Positions 1 through 13,024 of a DNA stretch of 64,000 nucleotides are shown piece after piece. The notes below the pieces were generated by a model, which saw only the letters and a list, made by a program, of their open reading frames with translations, searched no databases and was not told the DNA's origin. Every line of letters starts with the position of its first letter. Within the stretch, counting starts at the first letter, position 1. Origin of the DNA: Eledone cirrhosa. Its lineage: Eukaryota. The translations under genes were made by a program, and so were the position numbers. The stretch covers positions 13,578,001 through 13,642,000 of the forward strand of contig OZ024753.1 in NCBI GenBank assembly GCA_964016885.1. The letters run 5' to 3'.

Positions 1-117
1 ATATATATGTATATGTATGTATGTATATATATGTATATATATGTATATGTATGTATGTATATATATGTATATATATATATGTATGTGTATATATATGTAT
101 GTATGTATATATATGTG

Positions 118-156
<39 letters not shown>

Positions 157-239
157 GTATATATGTGTATGTATGTATGTATGTATATGTATATATATGT
201 ATGTATATTTGTATATGTATATATGTATGTATATATATG

Positions 240-270
<31 letters not shown>

Positions 271-897
271 GTATGTAGATGTATATATATGTATGTATAT
301 TTGTATATGTATATATGTATGTATATATATGTATGTATGTATATATATATATGTATGTATATGTATGTATATGCATATGTATGTATGTATATATATGTAT
401 GTATATGTATATATATGTATGTATATTTGTATATGTATGTATGTATATATATGTATGTATGTATGTATATGTATATATATGTATGTATATTTGTATATGT
501 ATATATGTATGTATATATATGTATGTATGTATATATATATGTATGTATGTATATATATGTATATGTATGTATATATATGTATGTATATGTATATATATGT
601 ATGTATATTTGTATATGTATATATGTATGTATATATATGTATATGTATATGTATGTATGTCTATATATGTATGTATATGTATATATATGTATGTATATTT
701 GTATATGTATATATATATGTATATATATGTATGTATGTATATATATGTATATGTATGTATATATATGTATGTATATGTATATATATGTATGTATATTTGT
801 ATATGTATATATGTATGTATATATATGTATGTATGTATATGTATGTATGTATATATATGTATGTATATGTATATATATGTATGTATATTTGTATATG

Positions 898-942
<45 letters not shown>

Positions 943-2463
943 GTATATATATGTATGTATATTTGTATATGTATATATGTATGTATATATATGTATGTAT
1001 GTATATATATGTATGTATGTATATGTATGTATATGTATATGTATGTATGTATATATATGTATGTATATGTATATATATGTATGTATATTTGTATATGTAT
1101 ATATGTATGTATGTATATGTATGTATATGTATATATATGTATGTATATGTATATATATGTATGTATATTTGTATATGTATATATGTATGTATATGTATGT
1201 ATGTATGTATGTATATATATATGTATGTATATGTATATATATGTATGTATATTTGTATATGTATATATGTATGTATATATATGTATGTATGTATATATAT
1301 GTATATGTATGTATGTATATATATGTATGTATATGTATGTATATTTGTATATGTATATATGTATGTATATATATGTATGTATGTATATATATGTATATGT
1401 ATATGTATGTATGTATATATATGTATGTATATGTATATATATTTGTATATGTATATATGTATGTATATATATGTACGTATGTATATATATGTATGTATGT
1501 ATATATATGTATGTATATGTATATATATGTATGTATATTTGTATATGTATATATGTATGTATATATATATGTATGTATGTATATATATGTATATGTATGT
1601 ATGTATATATATGTATATATATGCATATGTATGTATGTATATATATGTATATATATGTATATGTATGTATGTATATATATGTATATGTATATATATGTAT
1701 GTATGTGTATATATATGTATGTATGTATATATATGTGTATGTATGTATGTATATATATATATGTATATATATGTATGTATATTTGTATATGTATATATGT
1801 ATGTATATATATGTATGTATGTATATATATGTATGTATATTTGTATATGTATATATGTATGTATGTATATGTATGTATGTATATATATGTATGTATGTAT
1901 ATGTATGTATATGTATATATATGTATGTATATTTGTATATGTATATATGTATGTATATATATGTATGTATGTATATATATGTATGTATGTATATATATGT
2001 ATGTATATTTGTATATGTATATATGTATGTATATATATGTATGTATGTATATGTATATGTATGTATGTATATATATGTATATGTATATATATGTATGTAT
2101 ATTTGTATATGTATATATGTATGTATATATATGTATGTATGTATATATATGTATATGTATGTATATATATGTATGTATATGTATATATATGTATGTATAT
2201 TTGTATATGTATATATGTATGTATATGTATGTATGTATATATATGTATGTATATGTATATATATGTATGTATATTTGTATATGTATATATGTATGTATAT
2301 ATATGTATGTATGTATATATATGTATATGTATGTATGTATATATATGTATGTATATGTATATATATGTATGTATATTTGTATATGTATTTATGTATGTAT
2401 ATATATGTATGTATGTATATATATGTATGTATATGTATATATATGTATGTATATTTGTATATG

Positions 2464-2524
<61 letters not shown>

Positions 2525-2618
2525 GTATATATATGTATGTATATGTATATATATGTATGTATATTTGTATATGTATATATGTATGTATATATATGTATGT
2601 ATGTATATATATGTATAA

Positions 2619-2651
<33 letters not shown>

Positions 2652-2725
2652 TGTATATATATGTATATATATGTATATATATGTATGCATGAATATATGT
2701 ATATGTATCTATCTATGTATGTATA
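1..2725. repeat. Compound (AT)n/(ATGT)n microsatellite field with recurring TATTTGTA variant
   Basis: Almost only AT and ATGT units; explains the long Y/M/C/V/I ORFs. Confidence 0.97.
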
Positions 2726-2829
2726 CACATGCAAGCATGGAAAAATGGACACAAAAACGATGATGATGATACATATATATATATGTGTGTGCATATATAT
2801 GTATATATGTGTATATATATGTGTGCATG

Positions 2830-3012
2830 TATCATCATCATCATCACCGTTTTACGTCCGTTCTTCCACGCTAGCATGGGTTAGACGGGTTGTCCTGTTG
2901 TGGGCAGTGTTCAGTCAGCTGACCTTGTCTTGCTCATACAGGAACTGATCTGGCTTGATTTCTACAGCTGGATGCCCTTCCTAACACCAACCTCATTTAC
3001 AGTGAGTGCTGG
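2830..3012 (-). mobile_element. 3' part of a SINE with RTE-type (GAT)n tail
   Basis: Reverse complement matches 54175-54340 and the 3' half of the CORE-type SINE (GGTTGGTGTTAGGAAGGGCATCCAGCTGTAGAAA...GGACGTAAAACG-TGATGAT). Confidence 0.75.
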
Positions 3013-6000
3013 GTGGACTGGACAGTGGCTAAAGTGGACTGGACAGTGGCTAGGGGACTGCACAGTGGCTAGAGTGGACTGGACAGTGGCTAGGGGACTG
3101 GACAGTGGCTAGGGGACTGCACAGTGGCTAGGGGACTGGACAGTGGCTAGGGGACTGCACAGTGGCTAGAGTGGACTGGACAGTGGCTAGGGGACTGCAC
3201 AGTGGCTAGAGTGGACTGCACAGTGGCTAGGGGACTGCACAGTGGCTAGGGGACTGGACAGTGGCTAGAGTGGACTGGACGGTGGCTAGAGTGGACTGGA
3301 CAGTGGCTAGGGGACTGCACAGTGGCTAGAGTGGACTGGACGGTGGCTAGACTGGACAGTGGCTAGAGTGGACTGGACAGTGGCTAGGGGACTGGACAGT
3401 GGCTAGGGGACTGCACAGTGGCTAGAGTGGACTGGACGGTGGCTAGACTGGACAGTGGCTAGAGTGGACTGGACAGTGGCTAGAATGGACTGGACAGTGG
3501 CTAGGGGACTGGACAGTGGCTAGGGGACTGCACAGTGGCTAGAGTGGACTGGACGGTGGCTAGACTGGACAGTGGCTAGAGTGGACTGGACAGTGGCTAG
3601 AATGGACTGGACAGTGGCTAGGGGACTGCACAGTGGCTAGGGGACTGGACAGTGGCTAGGGGACTGGACAGTGGCTAGGGGACTGGACAGTGGCTAGAGT
3701 GGACTGGACAGTGGCTAGAATGGACTGGACAGTGGCTAGGGGACTGCACAGTGGCTAGGGGACTGGACAGTGGCTAGGGGACTGCACAGTGGCTAGGGGA
3801 CTGGACAGTGGCTAGAGTGGACTGGACAGTGGCTAGAATGGACTGGACAGTGGCTAGGGGACTGCACAGTGGCTAGGGGACTGGACAGTGGCTAGGGGAC
3901 TGCACAGTGGCTAGGGGACTGGACAGTGGCTAGAGTGGACTGGACAGTGGCTAGAATGGACTGGACAGTGGCTAGGGGACTGCACAGTGGCTAGGGGACT
4001 GGACAGTGGCTAGGGGACTGCACAGTGGCTAGGGGACTGGACAGTGGCTAGGGGACTGCACAGTGGCTAGGGGACTGGACAGTGGCTAGGGGACTGCACA
4101 GTGGCTAGAGTGGACTGGACGGTGGCTAGACTGGACAATGGCTAGAGTGGACTGGACAGTGGCTAGAATGGACTGGACAGTGGCTAGGGGACTGGACAGT
4201 GGCTAGGGGACTGCACAGTGGCTAGAGTGGACTGGACGGTGGCTAGACTGGACAGTGGCTAGAGTGGACTGGACAGTGGCTAGGGGACTGGACAGTGGCT
4301 AGGGGACTGGACAGTGGCTAGGGGACTGGACAGTGGCTAGAGTGGACTGGACAGTGGCTAGAATGGACTGGACAGTGGCTAGGGGACTGCACAGTGGCTA
4401 GGGGACTGGACAGTGGCTAGAGTGGACTGGACAGTGGCTAGAATGGACAGGACAGTGGCTAGGGGACTGCACAGTGGCTAGGGGACTGGACAGTGGCTAG
4501 GGGACTGCACAGTGGCTAGGGGACTGGACAGTGGCTAGAGTGGACTGGACAGTGGCTAGAATGGACTGGACAGTGGCTAGGGGACTGCACAGTGGCTAGG
4601 GGACTGGACAGTGGCTAGGGGACTGCACAGTGGCTAGGGGACTGGACAGTGGCTAGGGGACTGCACAGTGGCTAGGGGACTGGACAGTGGCTAGGGGACT
4701 GCACAGTGGCTAGAGTGGACTGGACGGTGGCTAGACTGGACAATGGCTAGAGTGGACTGGACAGTGGCTAGAATGGACTGGACAGTGGCTAGGGGACTGG
4801 ACAGTGGCTAGGGGAGTGGACTAGACAGTGGCTAGAGTGGACTGGACGGTGGCTAGAGTGGACTGGACAGTGGCTAGGGGAGTGGACTAGGCAGTGGCTA
4901 GAGTGGACTGGACGGTGGCTAGAGTGGACTGGACAGTGGCTAGGGGAGTGGACTAGACAGTGGCTAGGGGACTGGACAGTGGCTAGGGGAGTGGACTAGA
5001 CAGTGGCTAGGGGACTGGACAGTGGCTAGGGGAGTGGACTAGACAGTGGATAGGGGACTGGACAGTGGCTAGAGTGGACTGGACAGTGGCTAGGGGACTG
5101 GACAGTGGCTAGAGTGGACTGGACAGTGGCTAGAGTGGACTGGACAGTGGCTAGAGTGGACTGGACAGTGGCTAGGGGACTGGACAGTGGCTAGAGTGGA
5201 CTGGACAGTGGCTAGGGGACTGGACAGTGGCTAGGGGACTGGACAGTGGCTAGAGTGGACTGGACAGTGGCTAGAGTGGACTGGACAGTGGCTAGGGGAC
5301 TGGACAGTGGCTAGAGTGGACTGGACAGTGGCTAGAGTGGACTGGACAGTGGCTAGGGGACTGGACAGTGGCTAGAGTGGACTGGACAGTGGCTAGGGGA
5401 CTGGACAGTGGCTAGGGGAGTGGACTAGACAGTGGCTAGGGGACTGGACAGTGGCTAGAGTGGACTGGACAGTGCCTAAAGTGGACTGGACAGTGGCTAG
5501 GGGACTGCACAGTGGCTAGAGTGGACTGGACAGTGGCTAAAGTGGACTGGACAGTGGCTAGGGGACTGCACAGTGGCTAGAGTGGACTGGACAGTGGCTA
5601 AAGTGGACTGGACAGTGGCTAGGGGACTGCACAGTGGCTAGAGTGGACTGGACAGTGGCTAGAGTGGACTGGACAGTGGCTAAGGGACAGGACTGGCTAG
5701 AGTGGACTGGACAGTGGCTAGAGTGGACTGGACAGTGGCTAAAGTGGACTGGACAGTGGCTAGAGTGGACTGGACAGTGGCTAGGGGACTGCACAGTGGC
5801 TAGAGTGGACTGGACAGTGGCTAGAGTGGACTGGACAGTGGCTAAGGGACAGGACTGGCTAGAGTGGACTGGACAGTGGCTAGAGTGGACTGGACAGTGG
5901 CTAGGGGACTGGACAGTGGCTAGGGTGGACTGGACAGTGGCTAGGGGACTGCACAGTGGCTAGAGTGGACTGGACAGTGGCTAGAGTGGACTGGACAGTG

Positions 6001-8370
6001 GCTAAGGGACAGGACTGGCTAGAGTGGACTGGACAGTGGCTAGAGTGGACTGGACAGTGGCTAGGGGACTGGACAGTGGCTAGGGGACTGGACAGTGGCT
6101 AGAGTGGACTGGACAGTGGCTAGGGGACTGCACAGTGGCTAGAGTGGACTGGACAGTGGCTAGGGGACTGCACAGTGGCTAGAGTGGACTGGACAGTGGC
6201 TAGGGGACTGCACAGTGGCTAGAGTGGACTGGACAGTGGCTAGACTGGACAGTGGCTAGAGTGGACTGGACAGTGGCTAAGGGACTGCACAGTGGCTAGA
6301 GTGGACTGGACAGTGGCTAGAGTGGACTGGACGGTGGTTAAAGTGGACTGGACGGTGGTTAAAGTGGACAGGACGGTGGCTAGAGTGGACAGGACAGTGG
6401 CTAGAGTGGACTGGACAGTGGCTAGAGTGGACTGGACGGTGGCTAGGGGACTGGACAGTGGCTAGAGTGGACTGGACATTGACTAGGGGACTGGACAGTG
6501 GCTAGGGGACTGGACAGTGGTTAGAGTTGACTGGACAGTGGCTAGAGTGGACTGGACAGTGACTACGGGACTGGACAGTGGCTAGAGTGGACTGAACAGT
6601 GGCTAGGGGACTGGACAGTGGTTAGAGTTGACTGAACAGTGGCTAGGGGACTGGAAAGTGGCTAGAGTGGACTGAACAGTGGCTAGGGGACTGGACAGTG
6701 GTTAGAGTTGACTGGACAGTGGCTAGGGGACTGGAAAGTGGCTAGAGTGGACTGGACAGTGACTACGGGACTGGACAGTGGCTAGAGTGGACTGAACAGT
6801 GGCTAGGGGACTGGACAGTGGTTAGAGTTGACTGGACAGTGGCTAGGGGACTGGACAGTGGCTAGAGTGGACTGAACAGTGGCTACGGGACTGGACAGTG
6901 GCTAGAGTGGACTGGACAGTGACTACGGGACTGGACAGTGGCTAGGGGACTGGACAGTGGTTAGAGTTGACTGGACAGTGGCTAGGGGACTGGAAAGTGG
7001 CTAGAGTGGACTGGACAGTGGCTAGGGGACTGGACAGTGGCTAGAGTGGACTGGACAGTGGCTAGGGGACTGAACAGTGGCTAGGGGACTGCACAGTGGC
7101 TAGGGGACTGCACAGTGGCTAGAGTGGACTGGACGGTGGCTAGGGGACTGGACAGTGGCTAGAGTGGACTGAACAGTGACTACGGGACTGGACAGTGGCT
7201 AGAGTTGACTGGACAGTGGCTAGGGGACTGGACAGTGGCTAGAGTGGACTGGACAGTGGCTAGGGGACTGAACAGTGGCTAGGGGACTGGAAAGTGGCTA
7301 GGGGACTGCACAGTGGCTAGGGGACTGCACAGTGGCTAGAGTGGACTGGACGGTGGCTAGAGTGGACTGAACAGTGACTACGGGACTGGACAGTGGTTAG
7401 AGTTGACTGGACAGTGGCTAGGGGACTGGAAAGTGGCTACGGGACTGGACAGTGGCTAGAGTGGACTGAACAGTGACTACGGGACTGGACAGTGGCTAGA
7501 GTGGACTGAACAGTGACTACGGGACTGGACAGTGGTTAGAGTTGACTGGACAGTGGCTAGGGGACTGGAAAGTGGCTAGAGTGGACTGGGCAGTGGCTAG
7601 AGTGGACTGGACAGTGGCTAGGGGACTGGACAGTGGTAAAGTGGACTGGACAGTGGCTAGAGTGTACTGGACAGTGGCTAGTGGACTGGATAGTGGCTAG
7701 AGTGGACTGGACAAGGCTAGAGGACTGGACAGTGGCTAAAGTGGACTGGACAGTGTATAGTGGACTGGACAAGGCTAGACGACTGGACAGTGGCTAGAGT
7801 GGATTGGACAAGGGATAGGAGAGTGGACTGGACAAGGACTAGGGGACTGGACAGTGGCAAAGTGTACTGGACAAGTGCTTGAGGACTGGACAAGTGCTAG
7901 GGGACTGGACAGTGGTTAGAGTGGACTGGACAGTGGCTAGAGTGGACTGGACAGTGGCTAGAGTGGATTGGACAAGGGCTAGAGTGGACTGGACAGTGGC
8001 AGGAGTCAACTGGACAAGGAGAGGACTGGACAGTGGCTAGAGTGGACTCGACAGTGGCTAGGGGACTGGACAAGGGCTAGAAAACTGGACAGTGGCTAGA
8101 GTGGACTGTACAAGTGCTAGGGGACTGGACAAGTGCTAGGAGACTGGATAAGTGCTAGGGGACTGGACAGTGGCTAGAGTGGACTGGAAGTGGCTAAAGT
8201 GGACTGGACAGTGGCTAAAGTGAACTGGTCAGTGGCTAGAGTGGACTGGACAGTGGCTAGATTGGACTGGATAGGAGTTAGAGTGGACAGTGGCTAGAGT
8301 TGACAGTGGGTAGTGGACAGTGGCTAGAGTGGACTGAACAGGGGTTAATGTGGACAGTGGCTAGAGAGGA
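3013..8370. repeat. 5.3 kb minisatellite of interspersed 21-bp (GTGGACTGGACAGTGGCTAGA) and 19-bp (GGGGACTGSACAGTGGCTA) units, degenerating at the right end
   Basis: Units read directly. Confidence 0.96.
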
Positions 8371-8379
8371 CAGCCTCAC

Positions 8380-8672
8380 ATTCACCACTGCCAACGTCCC
8401 TTCCACCACTGCCAACCTTCCATTCACCACTGTTAATCTCCCTTCCACCACTGCCAACCTCTCTTCCACCACTGCCAACCTCCCTTCCACCACTGCCAAC
8501 CTCCCTTCCACCACTGCCAACCTTCCATTCACCACTGTTAATCTCCCTTCCACCACTGCCAACCTCCCTTCCACCACTGCCAACTTCCCTTCCACCACTG
8601 CCAACCTCCCTTCCACCACTGCCAACCTCCAATTCACCACTGCCAACCTCCAATTCACCACTGCCAACTTTC
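8380..8672. repeat. 21-bp tandem repeat TTCCACCACTGCCAACCTCCC (about 14 copies) abutting a splice acceptor
   Basis: Units read directly; ends in TTTCCATTACAG acceptor. Confidence 0.93.
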
Positions 8673-8680
8673 CATTACAG

Positions 8681-8771
8681 AGGTACTAACAGTGGCAAGT
8701 CATACAATACAAAGAAACTTCTGGAGTATTTCCCTAACTCAATCTGTTTCTGTCAAGATGATTACTATCTG
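8681..8771 (+). CDS. NMRK1: Nicotinamide riboside kinase, first exon in window (P-loop): (G)GTNSGKSYNTKKLLEYFPNSICFCQDDYYL
   Basis: AG at 8679-8680, GT at 8772; matches NRK1 motif GVTNSGKT...QDDFF; 91 nt, phase 2 to phase 0. Confidence 0.9.
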
Positions 8772-8814
8772 GTTAGTATACTATATTTTTATTAATTTAG
8801 TATTTTATTTTAAG

Positions 8815-9735
8815 GCCCACTGAGGTTAGCTTTACCTTTCATCCTTAAGGGGTCAATAAAATAAAGTACCATAATGCACTGAAGTCGATTTAATCGACTT
8901 TCCCTACCCCCCAAAAAATTGTTGACCTTGTCTCTAAATTAGACACCGTTATATATCTCACAATATTTCATAAGAATCTCTCAGGAGAGCTGGACAGCAG
9001 CAGGTCTTCAGAGAAGAAACCCACCTCAAGCAAATGTTTTAGCCCTTTAGATTTGCCCTTCATCCATTAGGGGGTTGATAAAATAAAGTACCAGTAACAC
9101 ACTTGGGTCGATTGTTGGCCTTGAGCCCTTATCAGAAACAATTACTTTAGTGGATTGGCAGTATCAGTAGAGGGCCGGACACCATTCTGAGTTCAAATCC
9201 CACCGAGGTTAACTTTGCCTTTCATTCTTACGTGGTCGATAAAATAAAGTACCAGTAATGCACTGGGATAATTGCTGGCCTTGTGCCAAAAGTAGAAACA
9301 ATTATTTTATTTGGCAGTATTGGTAGAGCGTTTGACACCATGCTTTGCAGTATAGAGTTACTGACCTTTACATTCTGAGTTCAAATCCTGCCGAGGCTAA
9401 CTTTACCTTTCGTCCTTACAGTGTGTGTCTGGTACTTTATTTTAATAATAATAATAATGGTTTCTAATTTAGGCACAAGGCCAGTAATTTTAGGGGAGAG
9501 AGAAGTCGATTAAATTGAACCAGTATATTACTGGTACTTTATTTTAATAATTGTTTCTACTATAGGCCAGCAATTTGAAGGGCGATGGGAGTTGATTAAA
9601 TCTACCCCAGTGTGTTACTGATACTTTATTTTATCGAATCCCACTGTAAAGATGAAAGGCAAAGCTAACCTCGGCGGGATTTGAACTCAGAAAGGGTCAT
9701 AACTCTATGCTGCAAAGCATGTTGCCAGATGATAG
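8815..9735. mobile_element. Cluster of about six full or partial copies of SINE family B (tRNA head plus Nin/Deu-like domain), both orientations
   Basis: Repeated GAGTTCAAATCC B-box and CTTTGCCTTTCATCCTTACGGGGTCGATAAAATAAAGTACCAG core. Confidence 0.8.
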
Positions 9736-10061
9736 ATAATTGATGCTAGTAATTTTTATGAGTTGTTTCCCTTGACATGGCATTGGCATTATCTATTCAG
9801 GGGAGATTTCTTTATGGTGCATTTTGTCGCCTTCAGTGCTCTAAAGGTTAATGAAAGAGAAATATGATTTGTACCTTATTCTTTAGTCAATGAATGGAGC
9901 AAAAGCTATCAATTAGAAACGTAATTGATGTTTTTTATTTTGTTTGTATATATATATATATATATTTTTTTTTTGTCAATTTTTACAATCTTAGTTTAAT
10001 TACTTACCACTCCGACAGTTGTGTATGTACTTTATTACGAATTAATAATTCTTATTCTCAG

Positions 10062-10119
10062 GAAATTAGTTCCGGATGCCTTGAACAAGTACCAGAGTTG
10101 GACTGTTACAACTGGGATG
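10062..10119 (+). CDS. NMRK1: Nicotinamide riboside kinase exon: EISSGCLEQVPELDCYNWD
   Basis: TTCTCAG acceptor, GTAAGG donor at 10120; NWD aligns to the NRK QYD/NWD motif; 58 nt, phase 0 to 1. Confidence 0.88.
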
Positions 10120-10168
10120 GTAAGGTTTTATCGTTTAAAATTTTCCATTTTATATTTTTGTAGCAAAT

Positions 10169-10955
10169 TTAACCCTTTAGCATTTACATTACTCTATATT
10201 TACTATTGTATTTTCACAGTAAACAATTTATTTCACATAATTATCTCACATAATATTGAATCTATGAGATTTTGATATTATTTATTTTGAGAACAATACT
10301 TTAACATAAGTATGAGCAGCAGGTTATGGCCAGTTTAAATATAAAGGGGTGAGAGAATTCTGACCGGATATGGCCGATTTAACCCTTTAGCATTTACATT
10401 ACTCTATATTTACTATTGTATTTTCACAGTAAACAATTTATTTCACATAATTATCTCACATAATATTGAATCTATGAGATTTTGATATTATTTATTTTGA
10501 GAACAATACTTTAACATAAGTATGAGCAGCCAGTTATGGCTGGTTTGAACAGAAAGATGTGAAGGAATTCTGGCCGGATATGGAATAAAGTGAACTTTTT
10601 TTTCAAAATCCATTTTTTTTCCTTTGCAGTCTGTAACTTCCAACCTATTTGAAATAAAAGATACTAATAATTTGGACAATTTACAGAAATTGTTGACCTG
10701 TCAATTAACTGACCAACAATTTATTGACTCAGTCCATAGCTTTTCTTATTTTTCTTCTTCGTAGGTATGAAGAGCCATGAGTTTTAACCCTTTAGCATTT
10801 AAACTGGCCATATCTGGCCAGAATTCTATTACCTATTTTTGTTCAAACCAGCTGTAACTGGTCACTCATACTGATGTTAAGGTGTTGTTCTCAAAATAAA
10901 TAATGTCAAAATCTCATAGATTTGATATTATGTGAGATAATTATGTGAAATAAAA
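10169..10955. mobile_element. Three copies of a piggyBac-like MITE (tandem pair 10169-10585, inverted truncated copy 10784-10955)
   Basis: TTAA followed by CCCTTTAGCATTTA termini; body matches complete copy at 46488-46677. Confidence 0.75.
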
Positions 10956-12718
10956 ACTCATAGAGGGTGTTCCCACAATGAGGTTGGTCTGGTCAGTTGG
11001 CCACACCAAGCCTTACTCATAGAGGGTGGTCCCACAATGAGGTAGGTCTGGTCAGTTGGCCACACCAAGCCTTACTCATAGAGGGTGGTTTCACAATGAG
11101 ATAGGTCTGGTCAGTTGGCCACACCAAGCCTTACTCATAGAGGGTGGTCCCACAATGAGGTCAGTCTGGTCAGTTGGCCACACCAAGCCTTACTCATAGA
11201 GGGTGGTCCCACAATGAGATAGGTCTGGTCAGTTGGCCACACCAAGCCTTACTCATAGAGGGTGGTCCCACAATGAGGTAGGTCTGGTCAGTTGGCCACA
11301 CCAAGCCTTACTCATAGAGGGTGGTCCCACAATGAGGTCGGTCTGGTCAGTTGGCCACACCAAGCCTTACTCATAGAGGGTGGTCCCACAATGAGGTAGG
11401 TCTGGTCAGTTGGCCACACCAAGCCTTACTCATAGAGGGTGGTCCCACAATGAGGTCAGTCTGGTCAGTTGGCCACACCAAGCCTTACTCATAGAGGGTG
11501 GTCCCACAATGAGGTCAGTCCGGTCAGTTGGCCACACCAAGCCTTACATAGAGGGTGGTCCCACAATGAGGTAGGTCTGGTCAGTTGGCCACACCAAGCC
11601 TTACTCATAGAGGGTGGTCCCACAATGAGGTCGGTCTGGTCAGTTGGCCACACCAAGCCTTACTCATAGAGGGTGGTCCCACAATGAGGTAGGTCTGGTC
11701 AGTTGGCCACACCAAGCCTTACTCATAGAGGGTGGTCCCACAATGAGGTCAGTCCGGTCAGTTGGCCACACCAAGCCTTACATAGAGGGTGGTCCCACAA
11801 TGAGGTAGGTCTGGTCAGTTGGCCACACCAAGCCTTACTCATAGAGGGTGGTCCCACAATGAGGTCGGTCTGGTCAGTTGGCCACACCAAGCCTTACTCA
11901 TAGAGGGTGGTCCCACAATGAGGTAGGTCTGGTCAGTTGGCCACACCAAGCCTTACTCATAGAGGGTGGTCCCACAATGAGGTAGGTCTGGTAGTTGGCC
12001 ACACCAAGCCTTACATAGAGGGTGGTCCCACAATGAGGTAGGTCTGGTCAGTTGGCCACACCAAGCCTTACTCATAGAGGGTGGTCCCACAATGAGGTCA
12101 GTCTGGTCAGTTGGCCACACCAAGCCTTACTCATAGAGGGTGGTCCCACAATGAGGTAGGTCTGGTCAGTTGGCCACACCAAGCCTTACTCATAGAGGGT
12201 GGTCCCACAATGAGGTCTGTCTGGTCAGTTGGCCACACCAAGCCTTACTCATAGAGGGTGGTCCCACAATGAGGTAGGTCTGGTCAGTTGGCCACACCAA
12301 GCCTTACATAGAGGGTGGTCCCACAATGAGGTAGGTCTGGTCAGTTGGCCACACCAAGCCTTACTCATAGAGGGTGGTCCCACAATGAGGTCGGTCTGGT
12401 CAGTTGGCCACACCAAGCCTTACTCATAGAGGGTGGTCCCACAATGAGGTAGGTCTGGTCAGTTGGCCACACCAAGCCTTACTCATAGAGGGTGGTCCCA
12501 CAATGAGGTAGGTCTGGTAGTTGGCCACACCAAGCCTTACATAGAGGGTGGTCCCACAATGAGGTAGGTCTGGTCAGTTGGCCACACCAAGCCTTACTCA
12601 TAGAGGGTGGCTTCACAATGAGATAGGTCTGGTCAGTTGGCCACACCAAGCCTTACTCATAGAGGGTGGTCCCACAATGAGATAGGTCTGGTCAGTTGGC
12701 CACACCAAGCCTTACTCA
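10956..12718. repeat. 59-bp satellite, about 30 copies (ACTCATAGAGGGTGGTCCCACAATGAGGTAGGTCTGGTCAGTTGGCCACACCAAGCCTT)
   Basis: Units read directly; intronic. Confidence 0.96.
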
Positions 12719-12859
12719 GAGTTACTCTTACCGTGTGGTTCGGTCATCAATCACCTTGTACCTATGTTAAAAATGATTAAATTTTCCTAAAATTCGTTTT
12801 GCTTTTTTAAAAGTATTTACCTGACTTGCAAATCTAATTTATTTCTCCTTTCCATCTAG

Positions 12860-12983
12860 CTCTATCTGCCCTGGATAATGAGAAAATGGGTAACGACCTT
12901 GTTAATTGGGCTGACTCGCTAGACCAAACAGACAAAACAGTACATATTCTCTTTGTTGATGGTTTTCTTATATATAACCATGA
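12860..12983 (+). CDS. NMRK1: Nicotinamide riboside kinase exon: (A)LSALDNEKMGNDLVNWADSLDQTDKTVHILFVDGFLIYNH
   Basis: Pyrimidine tract plus TAG acceptor, GTAAGT donor at 12984; ILFVDGFLIYN matches ILIIEGFLLFN; 124 nt, phase 1 to 2. Confidence 0.92.
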
Positions 12984-13024
12984 GTAAGTAATCCTCATTG
13001 CTTTCAGTGATCATATTTGATATC

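Noticed and set aside
7-2763. Very long ORFs of 780-920 aa
   Set aside because: Translations of AT/ATGT microsatellite that simply lacks stop codons; open in all frames.
10956-12718. Regular arrays here and at 44665-46487 as possible CRISPR arrays
   Set aside because: No unique spacers, eukaryotic context, no cas genes.
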